The position numbers and the translations under genes are program-made. A DNA stretch of 64,000 nucleotides from Tubulanus polymorphus (taxonomy: Eukaryota; Animalia; Nemertea): assembly GCF_964204645.1 (NCBI RefSeq), contig NC_134026.1:17146150-17210149 (forward strand), read 5' to 3'. Within the stretch, counting starts at the first letter, position 1. Each line of letters starts with the position of its first letter. Below the pieces are notes generated by a model. It was not told the DNA's origin, ran no database searches, and saw only the letters and a list, made by a program, of their open reading frames with translations. Below, piece after piece: positions 52,411 through 61,830 of this stretch.

Positions 52411-53658
52411 ATGAGTGGGAGTTATATCAATCCTTCTAAGAATCATAGAATATCTAATGCTATTAAAGCAGAAAGATCACATCATATAATTACTCATAAC
52501 CCTTCTAATATTAATCCCGATGAAACTTTATATGTTAGAATCCCTCGATTAACACAAAATACTTTTTATGTTCCAAATAGTATTTATTTATCAGCCGATA
52601 TAAAAGTAATCGGTAATAATAATAATTATGTTGTTGATAATGTTGGAAGATATTTGATTAAAAAATTAACTATAAAGATTGGTCCAGAAACAGTTTTCTC
52701 ATTAGATGATTATAATTTATTTATGCATTATAAAGATTTATGGTTAACTAAAGAAAACAGAAATAATATGATATTTAAAGGCATCCAATCAGAAAACCAA
52801 AATAAATTAAGATCTGAAGCCAATAATGCAGTAGTAACTAATGCTGTAGATAATTTGATAAAAAAGATTTATGGAAGCAAATATAAAATTCCATTAGACT
52901 TTGAATTGATAAATAATAATGCACCTTTATATAAATACGCAATTCAAGAAGATGTTATATTCGAAATAACATTTGCTCCTGTAAATGAAATTGTATTATC
53001 TAGCGTTGTTAAAGATATGGGTTATAAATTATCGAATATATGTTTAGAATATGACACAGTAACTGATGAAAATATTTCAAGTATAATTCAAACTCAATAC
53101 AATCAAGGATTTTCATTATTATATGATTATATTGATAAATTTAAAACTGTAACTATTAATGCAAATGATGAAATTATTAATGAGAATATTAACTTCCCAA
53201 GAAGATCTATTAAAGGTATATTAATATTTTTTACCATTGCAACATATTCTAATGGTGCAATACAGGTTGATAAGTATTATAATCCTGAAATAACAAAAGT
53301 AGAAATAACTATCGAAGGAATAGCAAATAAAATATTTTGTCAAGGAATGAGAATGATTGATCAATGGCCAGAAATTAGAAAACATTTTATGAATGAAAAA
53401 GTGAAATCATCTGAAAATTGTAATATTAATCAAATTGATTATTATACCGGTAATAAATATGCATTATGGTTAGATTTTAGAACAACAGAGGATAATTCAT
53501 TACATGGTTCTGGAAAAAAATTACAAAACACTAAAGATGGAATACAATTATTCATGACAAAGAATAAAGGAATCAAAAATTTTAAAATGCACATTTATAT
53601 TATATCTGACGCGCAATTAAATATTGTAAATTCACAATTAGATAGTGTTATGTATTAA
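52411..53658 (+). CDS. Major capsid protein (double jelly-roll, hexon-like)
   Basis: 415 aa intact; THNPSNI.P.ETLYVRIP.L, YKIPLDF, NICLEYD, NINFPRRSIKGIL, YNPEI.KV.ITIEG, YALWLDFR..DN.LHGSG, DAQLNI. Confidence 0.85.
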   Translation: MSGSYINPSKNHRISNAIKAERSHHIITHNPSNINPDETLYVRIPRLTQNTFYVPNSIYLSADIKVIGNNNNYVVDNVGRYLIKKLTIKIGPETVFSLDDYNLFMHYKDLWLTKENRNNMIFKGIQSENQNKLRSEANNAVVTNAVDNLIKKIYGSKYKIPLDFELINNNAPLYKYAIQEDVIFEITFAPVNEIVLSSVVKDMGYKLSNICLEYDTVTDENISSIIQTQYNQGFSLLYDYIDKFKTVTINANDEIINENINFPRRSIKGILIFFTIATYSNGAIQVDKYYNPEITKVEITIEGIANKIFCQGMRMIDQWPEIRKHFMNEKVKSSENCNINQIDYYTGNKYALWLDFRTTEDNSLHGSGKKLQNTKDGIQLFMTKNKGIKNFKMHIYIISDAQLNIVNSQLDSVMY

Positions 53659-53690
53659 AATTTTAACTTTAATAAAAATATATATATAAA

Positions 53691-54440
53691 ATGGAAGGAG
53701 GTAAAGTATATAAGCATATTCCATACATCGATACACATGAAAATAATGATGGTTTATATTATGTAATACCTTGTAATATAGCTTTGATATTTGATCCTAT
53801 TTTCAAAATTTATAAAACTAAACTAATAGAAATCAATAATAAAAGTGGTGTTGTTGATAATTTAAGTAATGTAATTGATAATAATGTAATACCTTCTACA
53901 TCTAATAATGTGATACCTAATACATCTAATAATGTAATACCTACTACATCTAATAATGTAATACCTTCTACATCTAATAATGTAATACCTACTACATCTA
54001 ATAATGTAATACCTTCTACATCTAATAATGTAATACCTTCTACATCTAATAATGCAATAATATTAAATGTTAGTGAAAATAGGAATTATTGTGATTATTG
54101 TAATGGTGAATTTTCAAACGCTCCATCAAATTGGAATAATCATATGAATACAAATTCACATATTATCAATGTAATAGAACGTGTTGGTTTAAAGGAATTT
54201 ATAGAACACCCATTTAATTATGTTACAAAGTTTGTTTCAAATAAAAAAGTAGATGGTAAAGATTTATATAAAGATTTATTAGGTGAATTTTTATCTAAGG
54301 AACCTAGTAATGATGAATTAGATTTAACTGCTGCTAAAAAAATACTAGAATCAAGCATTGTAAATACAATATTAAGGTCTAACACTAAGAAAGATGATAA
54401 TGAAAATGGTGCCATACGGCACCCACATGGTTACAGATAA
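53691..54440 (+). CDS. Hypothetical protein with 8-aa repeats and a C2H2-like finger
   Basis: (SNNVIPST)x~7 encoded by a 24-bp tandem repeat at ~53880-54050; CDYC..HMNTNSH. Confidence 0.6.
   Translation: MEGGKVYKHIPYIDTHENNDGLYYVIPCNIALIFDPIFKIYKTKLIEINNKSGVVDNLSNVIDNNVIPSTSNNVIPNTSNNVIPTTSNNVIPSTSNNVIPTTSNNVIPSTSNNVIPSTSNNAIILNVSENRNYCDYCNGEFSNAPSNWNNHMNTNSHIINVIERVGLKEFIEHPFNYVTKFVSNKKVDGKDLYKDLLGEFLSKEPSNDELDLTAAKKILESSIVNTILRSNTKKDDNENGAIRHPHGYR
54405..54431. repeat. 27-bp GC-rich hairpin micro-element, copy 2
   Basis: AATGGTGCC-ATAC-GGCACCCACATGGT, in frame (NGAIRHPHG). Confidence 0.8.
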
Positions 54441-54754
54441 GCATATTGATAATAAAGATTCTATCCAACTTAAATCAGAAAATAAAGATATAGTTGAGAT
54501 GACTAATAAGTATATCAATAAACCAATTATTTATGAAGATACGGTAAAAAGGGTGAAGAATAAGTATATCAATAAACCAATTATTTATGAAGATACGGTA
54601 GAGCATTTGAATAAATTGTTAGGGTCTGATGATGAATTGGAGAGTGATGATGAAAGTGATTCAGAAAGTAATTATCTAACACTCAAAAAGTAATAAAGGT
54701 TGAAAATTGTATAAAATAATAGTAAATAAAAAAGGGGGTTTTAAGTATTAAGGT

Positions 54755-55062
54755 ATCTAACACATATCTAATACTTATCTAATACGTATCTAATACGTAT
54801 CTAATACGTATTTAATACGTATCTAATACATATCTAATACGTATTATTTGAAAAAACCTTAAATTATATTTCTTTTTTAAATTTATATTATAAACCTCAG
54901 TAATAATAAATAACCTTTATTATTTTCAAACTTATTCATATATTAGTTGAAAAAAATAAAAATAAATTGGTTGAAAATTATATGAATAATATTTATTTTA
55001 AAAATGGGGTTTTAAGCATTAATGTATTTAATACGTATCTAATACGTATTTAATACGTATTA
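54755..55062. repeat. 11-bp tandem repeats (TATCTAATACG) in two blocks between convergent gene clusters
   Basis: About 8 copies at 54755-54845 and 3-4 copies at 55025-55062, each block preceded by GGGGTTTTAAG. Confidence 0.8.
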
Positions 55063-55083
55063 GATAGATAGATATATAAATAG

Positions 55084-55685
55084 TTATTTTATAAACTTAT
55101 ATTCATAGGGAAATTGTAATCTCAGTAATAATTTTGAACCTTTATTATTCTTTAATTTATTCATATATTCATCATGTATTTCAGGAGGTATAATTTGATT
55201 TTCTTCCAATGATTGTTGCATAGATTTTTTATCTTTGTTATAAAATAAAACTAGAAATCTTATATTCTCCCTAAAGTCTTTAACAATTGAATTATATTTT
55301 TGATTTAAAACCCATGTTGTTATCCCGAAATGTCTCCCAGAGAAAGCTAAAAAACATAACTCAGTTTCTCTAACTTTTGAATCATGTAAATTTGCGCAAT
55401 CATCTATAATGAATAATGTATTTGATCCTTTATAAGTATCAGTTGCTATTTTAATACAATTATCTAAATTTTCTTTTACTGTTTTAGGATCTAATATAAT
55501 AAACTTTTTCATCTTAACTATATCTCTATTATATGTTTTATTCATTTCATAAGTAGGACAAAATAATATTATATTATCAAAATGATTCTTATAAACAGTT
55601 TCCAACAAATCTAATATGAAATGTGTTTAACACAGTTTGTTACTCCAGGAACTAACATATTATGCGGTTCAAATATAAATAAATC
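55084..55685 (-). pseudogene. A32/FtsK-like packaging ATPase
   Basis: PHNML..GVTNC then a damaged GKT, IILFCPT, Walker B FIIDD, SGRH.GI..W.LNQ....K..REN; frameshift in Walker A. Confidence 0.85.
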
Positions 55686-55686
55686 T

Positions 55687-56805
55687 TTATTCATTTATTC
55701 TTTTAATTTTACTAGATAAAATCCATTCATTAAACATATCATCATATCCTTTATATTTCACCAAAGAATACTTTTTTCCTTTAAGAGTTTTTGATTTAAA
55801 TACTTTTTCTATTTTGTATTCTATTTCATCTGGATTTGGTACAAGTGATAATTCTTGTCCATAGAAATAACCTAATATTTCTTCATCTTTTATATCTTCT
55901 AATTTATAAACAAAAGGTTTAGTTAATATTATATTTTTAATTTTAAATATTTCTTCAGTAAAATTAGGGGTATAACCTTTATAAAATGTTTTTCTATATT
56001 TAGATATTCTTACGTGTTGTCCTATTTTAAATTTAGGTTCTCCGAAATCATGTGTAACAAATGCTCCATATAAATTATTCCAAACTATTTCTGAATTATC
56101 TTCTTTTCTAGTTTGTATAGGTTTCATATTTATAGAACTATGTTTAGAATTATTATAACCTTTCACTAAATCATCTAACACATCGATATATTTATATGTT
56201 TCATTAGCATTAAAATATTTCCACATTCTAGTTTTCAATGTTTTATTAAATCTTTCAATAATAGATGCTTTTTTATCTGAATGTGTTGAAAAATAATCTA
56301 CATCGTTATCAGATAATAGTTATTTGAAATGTTTGTTATAAAATTCCTTACCTTCATCAAATTGTATCTTATCTGGAATAGCTTCTTTAAATATATTCTT
56401 AAAAGCATTTGTAACTTCTATTCCAGTTTTATTTTTTATTGGAATTGACCATGCGTATCTACTGAATATGTCTATAACATTCAGTATCCAGAAATATCCT
56501 TTGTTGTATTCCTCTAAGTTCTTCATGTCAATTAAATGAGCTTGCCATTGTTGATCGATATATGAAACCATAACTTTTCTTGTTGAATAAGTTTTATCCA
56601 TTTTCTTGTGGATTTGATATGTTGGTTGATTTTGTAACCATGATTTTAATTCACTATATTTTATACTACCGTGTGGGTGCCATACGGCACCATTACCATT
56701 TTCATTATCAGATTTAATTCTATTCCATAATTCTGAAACGTTAGAATATGATACTTCACTTTCTGGGTTATAATATAAATCTCTTAAATATTGTTCTTTT
56801 TTCAT
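55687..56805 (-). pseudogene. Retroviral-like (rve) integrase with C-terminal chromodomain, frameshifted near 56320
   Basis: WQA.LIDM, IDIFSRYAW, DEGKEF, KASIIERFNKTLK, YNNSKHSSI.MKP, F.KGY.PNF, YKIEKV..LVKYKGY..FNEWI. Confidence 0.93.
56668..56694. repeat. 27-bp GC-rich hairpin micro-element, copy 3
   Basis: In-frame NGAVWHPHG within the integrase N-terminus. Confidence 0.8.
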
Positions 56806-56811
56806 CTTATT

Positions 56812-57180
56812 TTAATCCATTAATAATAATTTAGATTTAGTTTCAATGGCCTTATGATTTGACTTATTTTCTGGTATAATAGGTTTATTGTCATTGGAAT
56901 CATCTTTATCATCAGATTTGAATTTTGATTTATATATTACACCGGATAATATAATAACTGTTACTAATCCAATTGTAATATATAATTTATAATTACTTCC
57001 AGCATTAGAAGAATTAGATGGATTATTATTTGAATCAATATCAGATAAAGTCTGTGATTCATTTATATCAGTTAATTTCTTTTTCTTAGCTTTTTTTAAT
57101 TCTGAAGATCTTTTACCTAATTCTCTTGCCCATTTAATTTGTTTCTCGGATCTAGGCTTCTTCTTGACATCATCACTCAT
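56812..57180 (-). CDS. Polinton small TM protein
   Basis: Homolog of 283-633. Confidence 0.75.
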   Translation of the reverse strand: MSDDVKKKPRSEKQIKWARELGKRSSELKKAKKKKLTDINESQTLSDIDSNNNPSNSSNAGSNYKLYITIGLVTVIILSGVIYKSKFKSDDKDDSNDNKPIIPENKSNHKAIETKSKLLLMD

Positions 57181-57250
57181 TTATTTTAGTTAATTTTTGT
57201 TCTGATTCATTTTCTGTTTCGACGTTTGGTTGTAGTACATCTGTTTCATT

Positions 57251-57775
57251 CTAACCTGATTTACATTCCATAGGCTTGATGTTCGAAAATGTTATGACAC
57301 CAGTAGAAATTAATGTCATAACCGATCCTAATTGAAATGAAGCATAACCAACCCATTTTTGTAATTCAGTCATAACTAAGTAGTCATTTTTCAAATCACT
57401 ATATAATTTATTTTCATCATTAATTGGTATTAACTGGTTACATAACTTAGAATAACATTTGACAATACCATCTGAAATAGAATCATTTATTCGGGCCAAT
57501 CTTGCCTCTTCATAAATCTTAAAATATTTTATTACTTTATCGGGTTTCATAGCATCTAATTCTTGAATAGTTATTATTTTTCCCAAGAAATCCTTAGATT
57601 TCCCGCCAGCAATTAATAATTCAAGATGATGCTTACAATATAAATAGTATTCATAATCTATATTACAATTAACTTGAGCACAATTAGTTACAACTGTATC
57701 TTTATTATCACTTATACCCAAATCATCTAATGTCTTTTCAATATCAATACTATTCTTATTAGATTTCTTTGACAT
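57251..57775 (-). CDS. Polinton conserved hypothetical protein
   Basis: Homolog of 1-335. Confidence 0.75.
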   Translation of the reverse strand: MSKKSNKNSIDIEKTLDDLGISDNKDTVVTNCAQVNCNIDYEYYLYCKHHLELLIAGGKSKDFLGKIITIQELDAMKPDKVIKYFKIYEEARLARINDSISDGIVKCYSKLCNQLIPINDENKLYSDLKNDYLVMTELQKWVGYASFQLGSVMTLISTGVITFSNIKPMECKSG

Positions 57776-58025
57776 TTATATTAGAGAAAAAAAAGCAAAA
57801 AAAATATTATAAGTTTTCTTCAAATGATACTAGTATCTCTTTAGGTTAATACTAAATTGACTAGGTTAGTTAAAGTTAAAGAATTTCTATTGAAATCTAT
57901 TCAAAATATATTCAATCTAATGTCAATTAGAATTACCAAAAGAAAATATTAAAAATATAATAGAATTCACTAGCTAGTTGAAGTTATTGTTTTTTTATTA
58001 TATTTTATTTAAATTAGGATTTAAT

Positions 58026-58099
58026 ATCTCACTACTATTGTCTATCTATTAGGAGCAGTAATTATAACTGTCCAGATAAGTCATTTCGGATCCTCGATA
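58026..58099 (-). ncRNA. Candidate structured cis-element, copy 2
   Basis: Conserved with 701-770; see that entry. Confidence 0.45.
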
Positions 58100-58187
58100 A
58101 TAAATCCTCAAACTGAAAATAAATTCAAAGAAACGACTGGTGGAATTACTATTTCATAAACACATATATTTATTATACAAATTTTAG

Positions 58188-58695
58188 CGATCGATAATAG
58201 AACAATGGAGAACAATAGAAAAGCGGTCCAATCGGACCGGTTATTGCGCAATACACAGTTATATTCTTATTCTGTAAACTACAACATTCAAACATAGAAC
58301 TGTAACCAATCAATATTGAGCAGCTGTTTCAGTCAACAACGATCAATAATAGAACAATGGAGAACAATAGAAATGCGGTCCAATCGGACCGGTTATTGCG
58401 CAATACACAGTTATAGTTTTATTCTGTAAACTACAACATTCAAACATAGAACTGTAACCAATCAATATTGAGCAGCTGTTTCAGTCAACAACGATCAATA
58501 ATAGAACAATGGAGAACAATAGAAATGCGGTCCAATCGGACCGGTTATTGCGCAATACTTAGTTAACAGTAAACAATCAATACAGAACAACCGCCGCCAT
58601 TAACAACGATCACTAGTAGAACAATGGAGAACAATAGAAAAGCGGTTCAATCGGACCGGTTATTGCGCAATACTTAGTTAACAGTAAACAATACA
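58188..58695. repeat. Tandem repeats (152, 152, 115 bp spacing) with internal palindromes
   Basis: AACAATGGAGAACAATAGAA..GCGGTCCAATCGGACCGGTTATTGCGCAATA at 58201, 58353, 58505 and 58620. Confidence 0.9.
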
Positions 58696-58768
58696 ATATT
58701 AAAACAGATATATACAATCGAGATTACATTTTTGATATCTATATTACAAAGACCTTCAGTATTATAAT

Positions 58769-59236
58769 TTATAATTTTATCCAGAATTCTTTAATTACTG
58801 GATTGTTTCTAATCATTTCTTCAATTTCTGGTAAATATCTGACTACTTCACTAAATGCTAATCCTAATATTTTGAGTTTTTCATATTTTATTAATCTACC
58901 TACTCTTCTCAGTTTTCTTTCAAAACCGGCACTGATATCTCCACTCATTTTCTTAGTTTTCGATTCTTTGAGTGCCAACAGCAATTCAAGTCGCGTTGCT
59001 GGTAATTTTGGTAATTGTAGTTCGCGCGGTAATTGTTTATTATGTATTACATCACTCAGAATTTTCACCATTTCTTGATGATAATCCAAATGTTCTTGTA
59101 ATTTTTTTGAAGTTTGTTCGTCAATTACGAGAGTTTCATCCTCCATTTCTATTGATTCCTGGGTTTCACTATCCATCGTTTCTGGTTCCTCATCCGTTGG
59201 TTGACTTGGAATTTCTGGTTGATCTCTGTATTCCAT
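58769..59236 (-). CDS. Polinton hypothetical protein
   Basis: Intact 155-aa ORF with acidic N-terminus; no recognised domain. Confidence 0.6.
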   Translation of the reverse strand: MEYRDQPEIPSQPTDEEPETMDSETQESIEMEDETLVIDEQTSKKLQEHLDYHQEMVKILSDVIHNKQLPRELQLPKLPATRLELLLALKESKTKKMSGDISAGFERKLRRVGRLIKYEKLKILGLAFSEVVRYLPEIEEMIRNNPVIKEFWIKL

Positions 59237-59574
59237 TTTAATCTAAAAGATGTCGTGAAAATGAATTACTGTACTTAAATATGTTTAAAGGTTTCCCTAC
59301 TTCATAATATATGTACTTACATTTAGATTTAGAACTGTAAACTGTGTTTTGAGAGAGAATATCCAATACGTACTATGTATGTGAATGTTGATTTCTAACT
59401 GCCGACGTGGCGCACGTTCGACCAAACTAATTACTTCTGCACAGATGTTCTTTATGATGAAGTTAATTAATTCTTTAGAATTGAAAACAAGATATATTTG
59501 ACAACATATGTTTTAGTAGTAAGCAAAAGCTATGTATTATATACATACAAAGCTCAAATAGAATTGCCAGCTTT

Positions 59575-60204
59575 CTAACCACTGATCAAAACCTCAGAAT
59601 GCGGTTGATTCTGTGAAATACTATTCCATAATTCAACAAATGTCTTTGCTTTATCCAGTTGATCTAAATATAACTGTAAATCTAGTTTATTGGATTTAAT
59701 TATGTTTTCCTTCTTTTCTAAAGGTCTTAGATTCTTCCAATTCCATATTAGCATCTTATTATAATCATCACTCATGTCAAATTTAGAAATTGGCAACACG
59801 TGATCAATATGAAAGTATTCGCCATAATTATCTATATTCATTTTATCATCGAATTGAAATATAATCCATGATTTTAAGAATTCATCTGAACAACCCAATA
59901 AATTAGATAGTGTTTCTGAATGTGTTTCTTTGTTGAATAATTGTTTTAATCTAAAATTAAGATCTGTTTGATATCTTTCTCTCATATATTCTGTCATATA
60001 ATCATTATAAGCTTCTCTATTATCTTCTCGATATTGTTTGGTATATAGTTTAAAACAAGTTTTGCAGCAATATTGAAAACCATCTTTGCTAAATTCTGTT
60101 AAAGCTAATTTATCTATTTCACATTTAGAACACTTCTTGTAGTATATATTTATGGCACCAGTGTTATTTGTAATATTGATAGTTTGTGGTTGTTCTGATT
60201 CCAT
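59575..60204 (-). CDS. HNH endonuclease with N-terminal CxxC zinc motif
   Basis: KKCSKC..CKTC; LLGCS..L..W..FQF...M..DNYG..FHIDHVLP..F..WNWKNLRPL...EN..KSNK. Confidence 0.85.
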   Translation of the reverse strand: MESEQPQTINITNNTGAINIYYKKCSKCEIDKLALTEFSKDGFQYCCKTCFKLYTKQYREDNREAYNDYMTEYMRERYQTDLNFRLKQLFNKETHSETLSNLLGCSDEFLKSWIIFQFDDKMNIDNYGEYFHIDHVLPISKFDMSDDYNKMLIWNWKNLRPLEKKENIIKSNKLDLQLYLDQLDKAKTFVELWNSISQNQPHSEVLISG

Positions 60205-60226
60205 TTATTATACATATTTTTTTTAC

Positions 60227-60815
60227 TAAATTGATTTTAGAAGTTCAATGATTTATATCATGTATTATTTCAATCACACTTTACTAACACATTTAATGTT
60301 TAAAAATCTAACTCACACAAATATGAATATTGAAATAATGTTGTAAATATATACTTTTATATTGAATAATCTGTCAATTTAAATGTTATTCATGTATATG
60401 ATTATTTTAAGAGTAATAGGGATAATAGGCATTCAGGTTAAAGGTTGAATGGTCGAGTTCATTAAAAACAAATATTAAAAGTAATTTAAAACTATAATAT
60501 ATTTTCATAACCGTGTGTATTTCAGTTGAATAATAGAATAATTATTATTATTAAAATATATTTGATTATATGAATTTGTGTATTGTAAATAAATCAATTG
60601 GTCGCGGAGCGGAGCGGTAGCGAAGTGGAGCGACCAATTGATTTAATACAATATGCTTTTTAAATTATTGATATCTTAGAATAAATATTTAGTTATGATA
60701 TAAAATACACACGGTTATGAAAATATATTATAGTTTTAAATTACTTTTAATGTTTTGTTTTTTAATGAGCTCGACCGTTCGACCTTTGGCTTGAAAGCCT
60801 ATTATCCCTATTACT
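60227..60815 (-). repeat. Polinton right TIR (60412-60815 fold-back)
   Basis: Inverted copy of 36140-36728. Confidence 0.95.
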
Positions 60816-60909
60816 TAAGTGGTCAATTTCAGTCAGCTAAAAATAATGGTCAATCATGACGTCTTTCATTCAAATCAATCACTATATATATACTAGGTTA
60901 TTCGACTAT

Positions 60910-60934
60910 TATTCACCTACTGTTCAGGAGAATA
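60910..60934 (-). other. Possible 5' terminal stem-loop of the Helentron
   Basis: TATTCACCT-actgttc-AGGAGAATA hairpin upstream of the 22-bp array and RepHel start once the Polinton is removed; matching 3' end not found. Confidence 0.35.
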
Positions 60935-61199
60935 TTTATATATAACCTAACAAGCAAACTAATTTGAAAGTTTGATGCCTTGAAAAAAAATAACAGAAAC
61001 TGCCCAATATTAATGACAATGAATAATATAATAATAATTATATATAATGATTGTAATAAAATATACTATGAAGGATCAATCATTATATTATTAATAATAG
61101 TTATTTTGAATTTGAGTAGGCCTATATCAATAATACATGGAATAAATTGAATTGACCAGCAACAAGTCTAGCCAGGATTGATGACGCACGTCACAGTGC

Positions 61200-61830
61200 A
61201 AACTGTAATGAGGCGAAGCCTCGAATGCCCCCATAATGAAATGTGAAGTTACAGAGTTTGTGTTAAATGCATTGGAAATATCAAGGCCACAATCATTTCT
61301 ATAAGAATTATATTTGACAACCTGTGTACAAAGTGTAAAAAAACGATAACAGTTGCAGCCTCTAGGCTGTTTCCCCTGGTGGCCATAATTTGAATCGAAT
61401 CAACTTAATCTTTAATAGGCTTCTGCCCCAAGTGAAGCCCTACTCGTGTATCAAGTTTTAAGAAAATCGGTCAATAATTGCGGCCTCTAGACTGTTAACA
61501 TCGTTTATTATCTCGGCCCCATCGTAGCCATAATGTGAACCGCATCGACTGAATTTCAAATAGGGTTCTGTCCAAAGTGATACCCTAGTCGTGTACCAAG
61601 TTTTAAGAATATTGGTTGCCAATTGCGCCTCTATGCCGTTAACATTGTTTATCATGTTAGCCCCCTGGTGGCCATAATTTGAATCGAATCGACCCAATTT
61701 TAAATAGAGTTCAGGCCCAAGTAATATCCTACTTGTGTACCAAGTTTGAAAAAAATCGGTCAACAATTGCGGCCTCTAGGCTAGGCTGTTAACATCACTT
61801 GCGGCGGCGTATTCAGACGCGGATAAATCT
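61200..61830 (-). repeat. HINE-like repeat with ~145-bp tandem units
   Basis: GCCTCTA at 61358, 61483, 61627, 61772; small hairpin GAGGCGAAGCCTC at ~61210. Confidence 0.65.

Larger units (their letters stand above)
36140..60815 (+). mobile_element. Full-length decayed Polinton/Maverick (adintovirus-like, element B)
   Basis: 6-bp TSD TAAGTG (36134-36139, 60816-60821); AGT...ACT termini; 589-bp TIRs; pPolB, integrase, ATPase and capsid genes. Confidence 0.96.

Noticed and set aside
58188-58695. Palindromic repeats as a CRISPR array
   Set aside because: Intervening sequences are duplicated rather than unique, the context is eukaryotic, and there are no cas genes.
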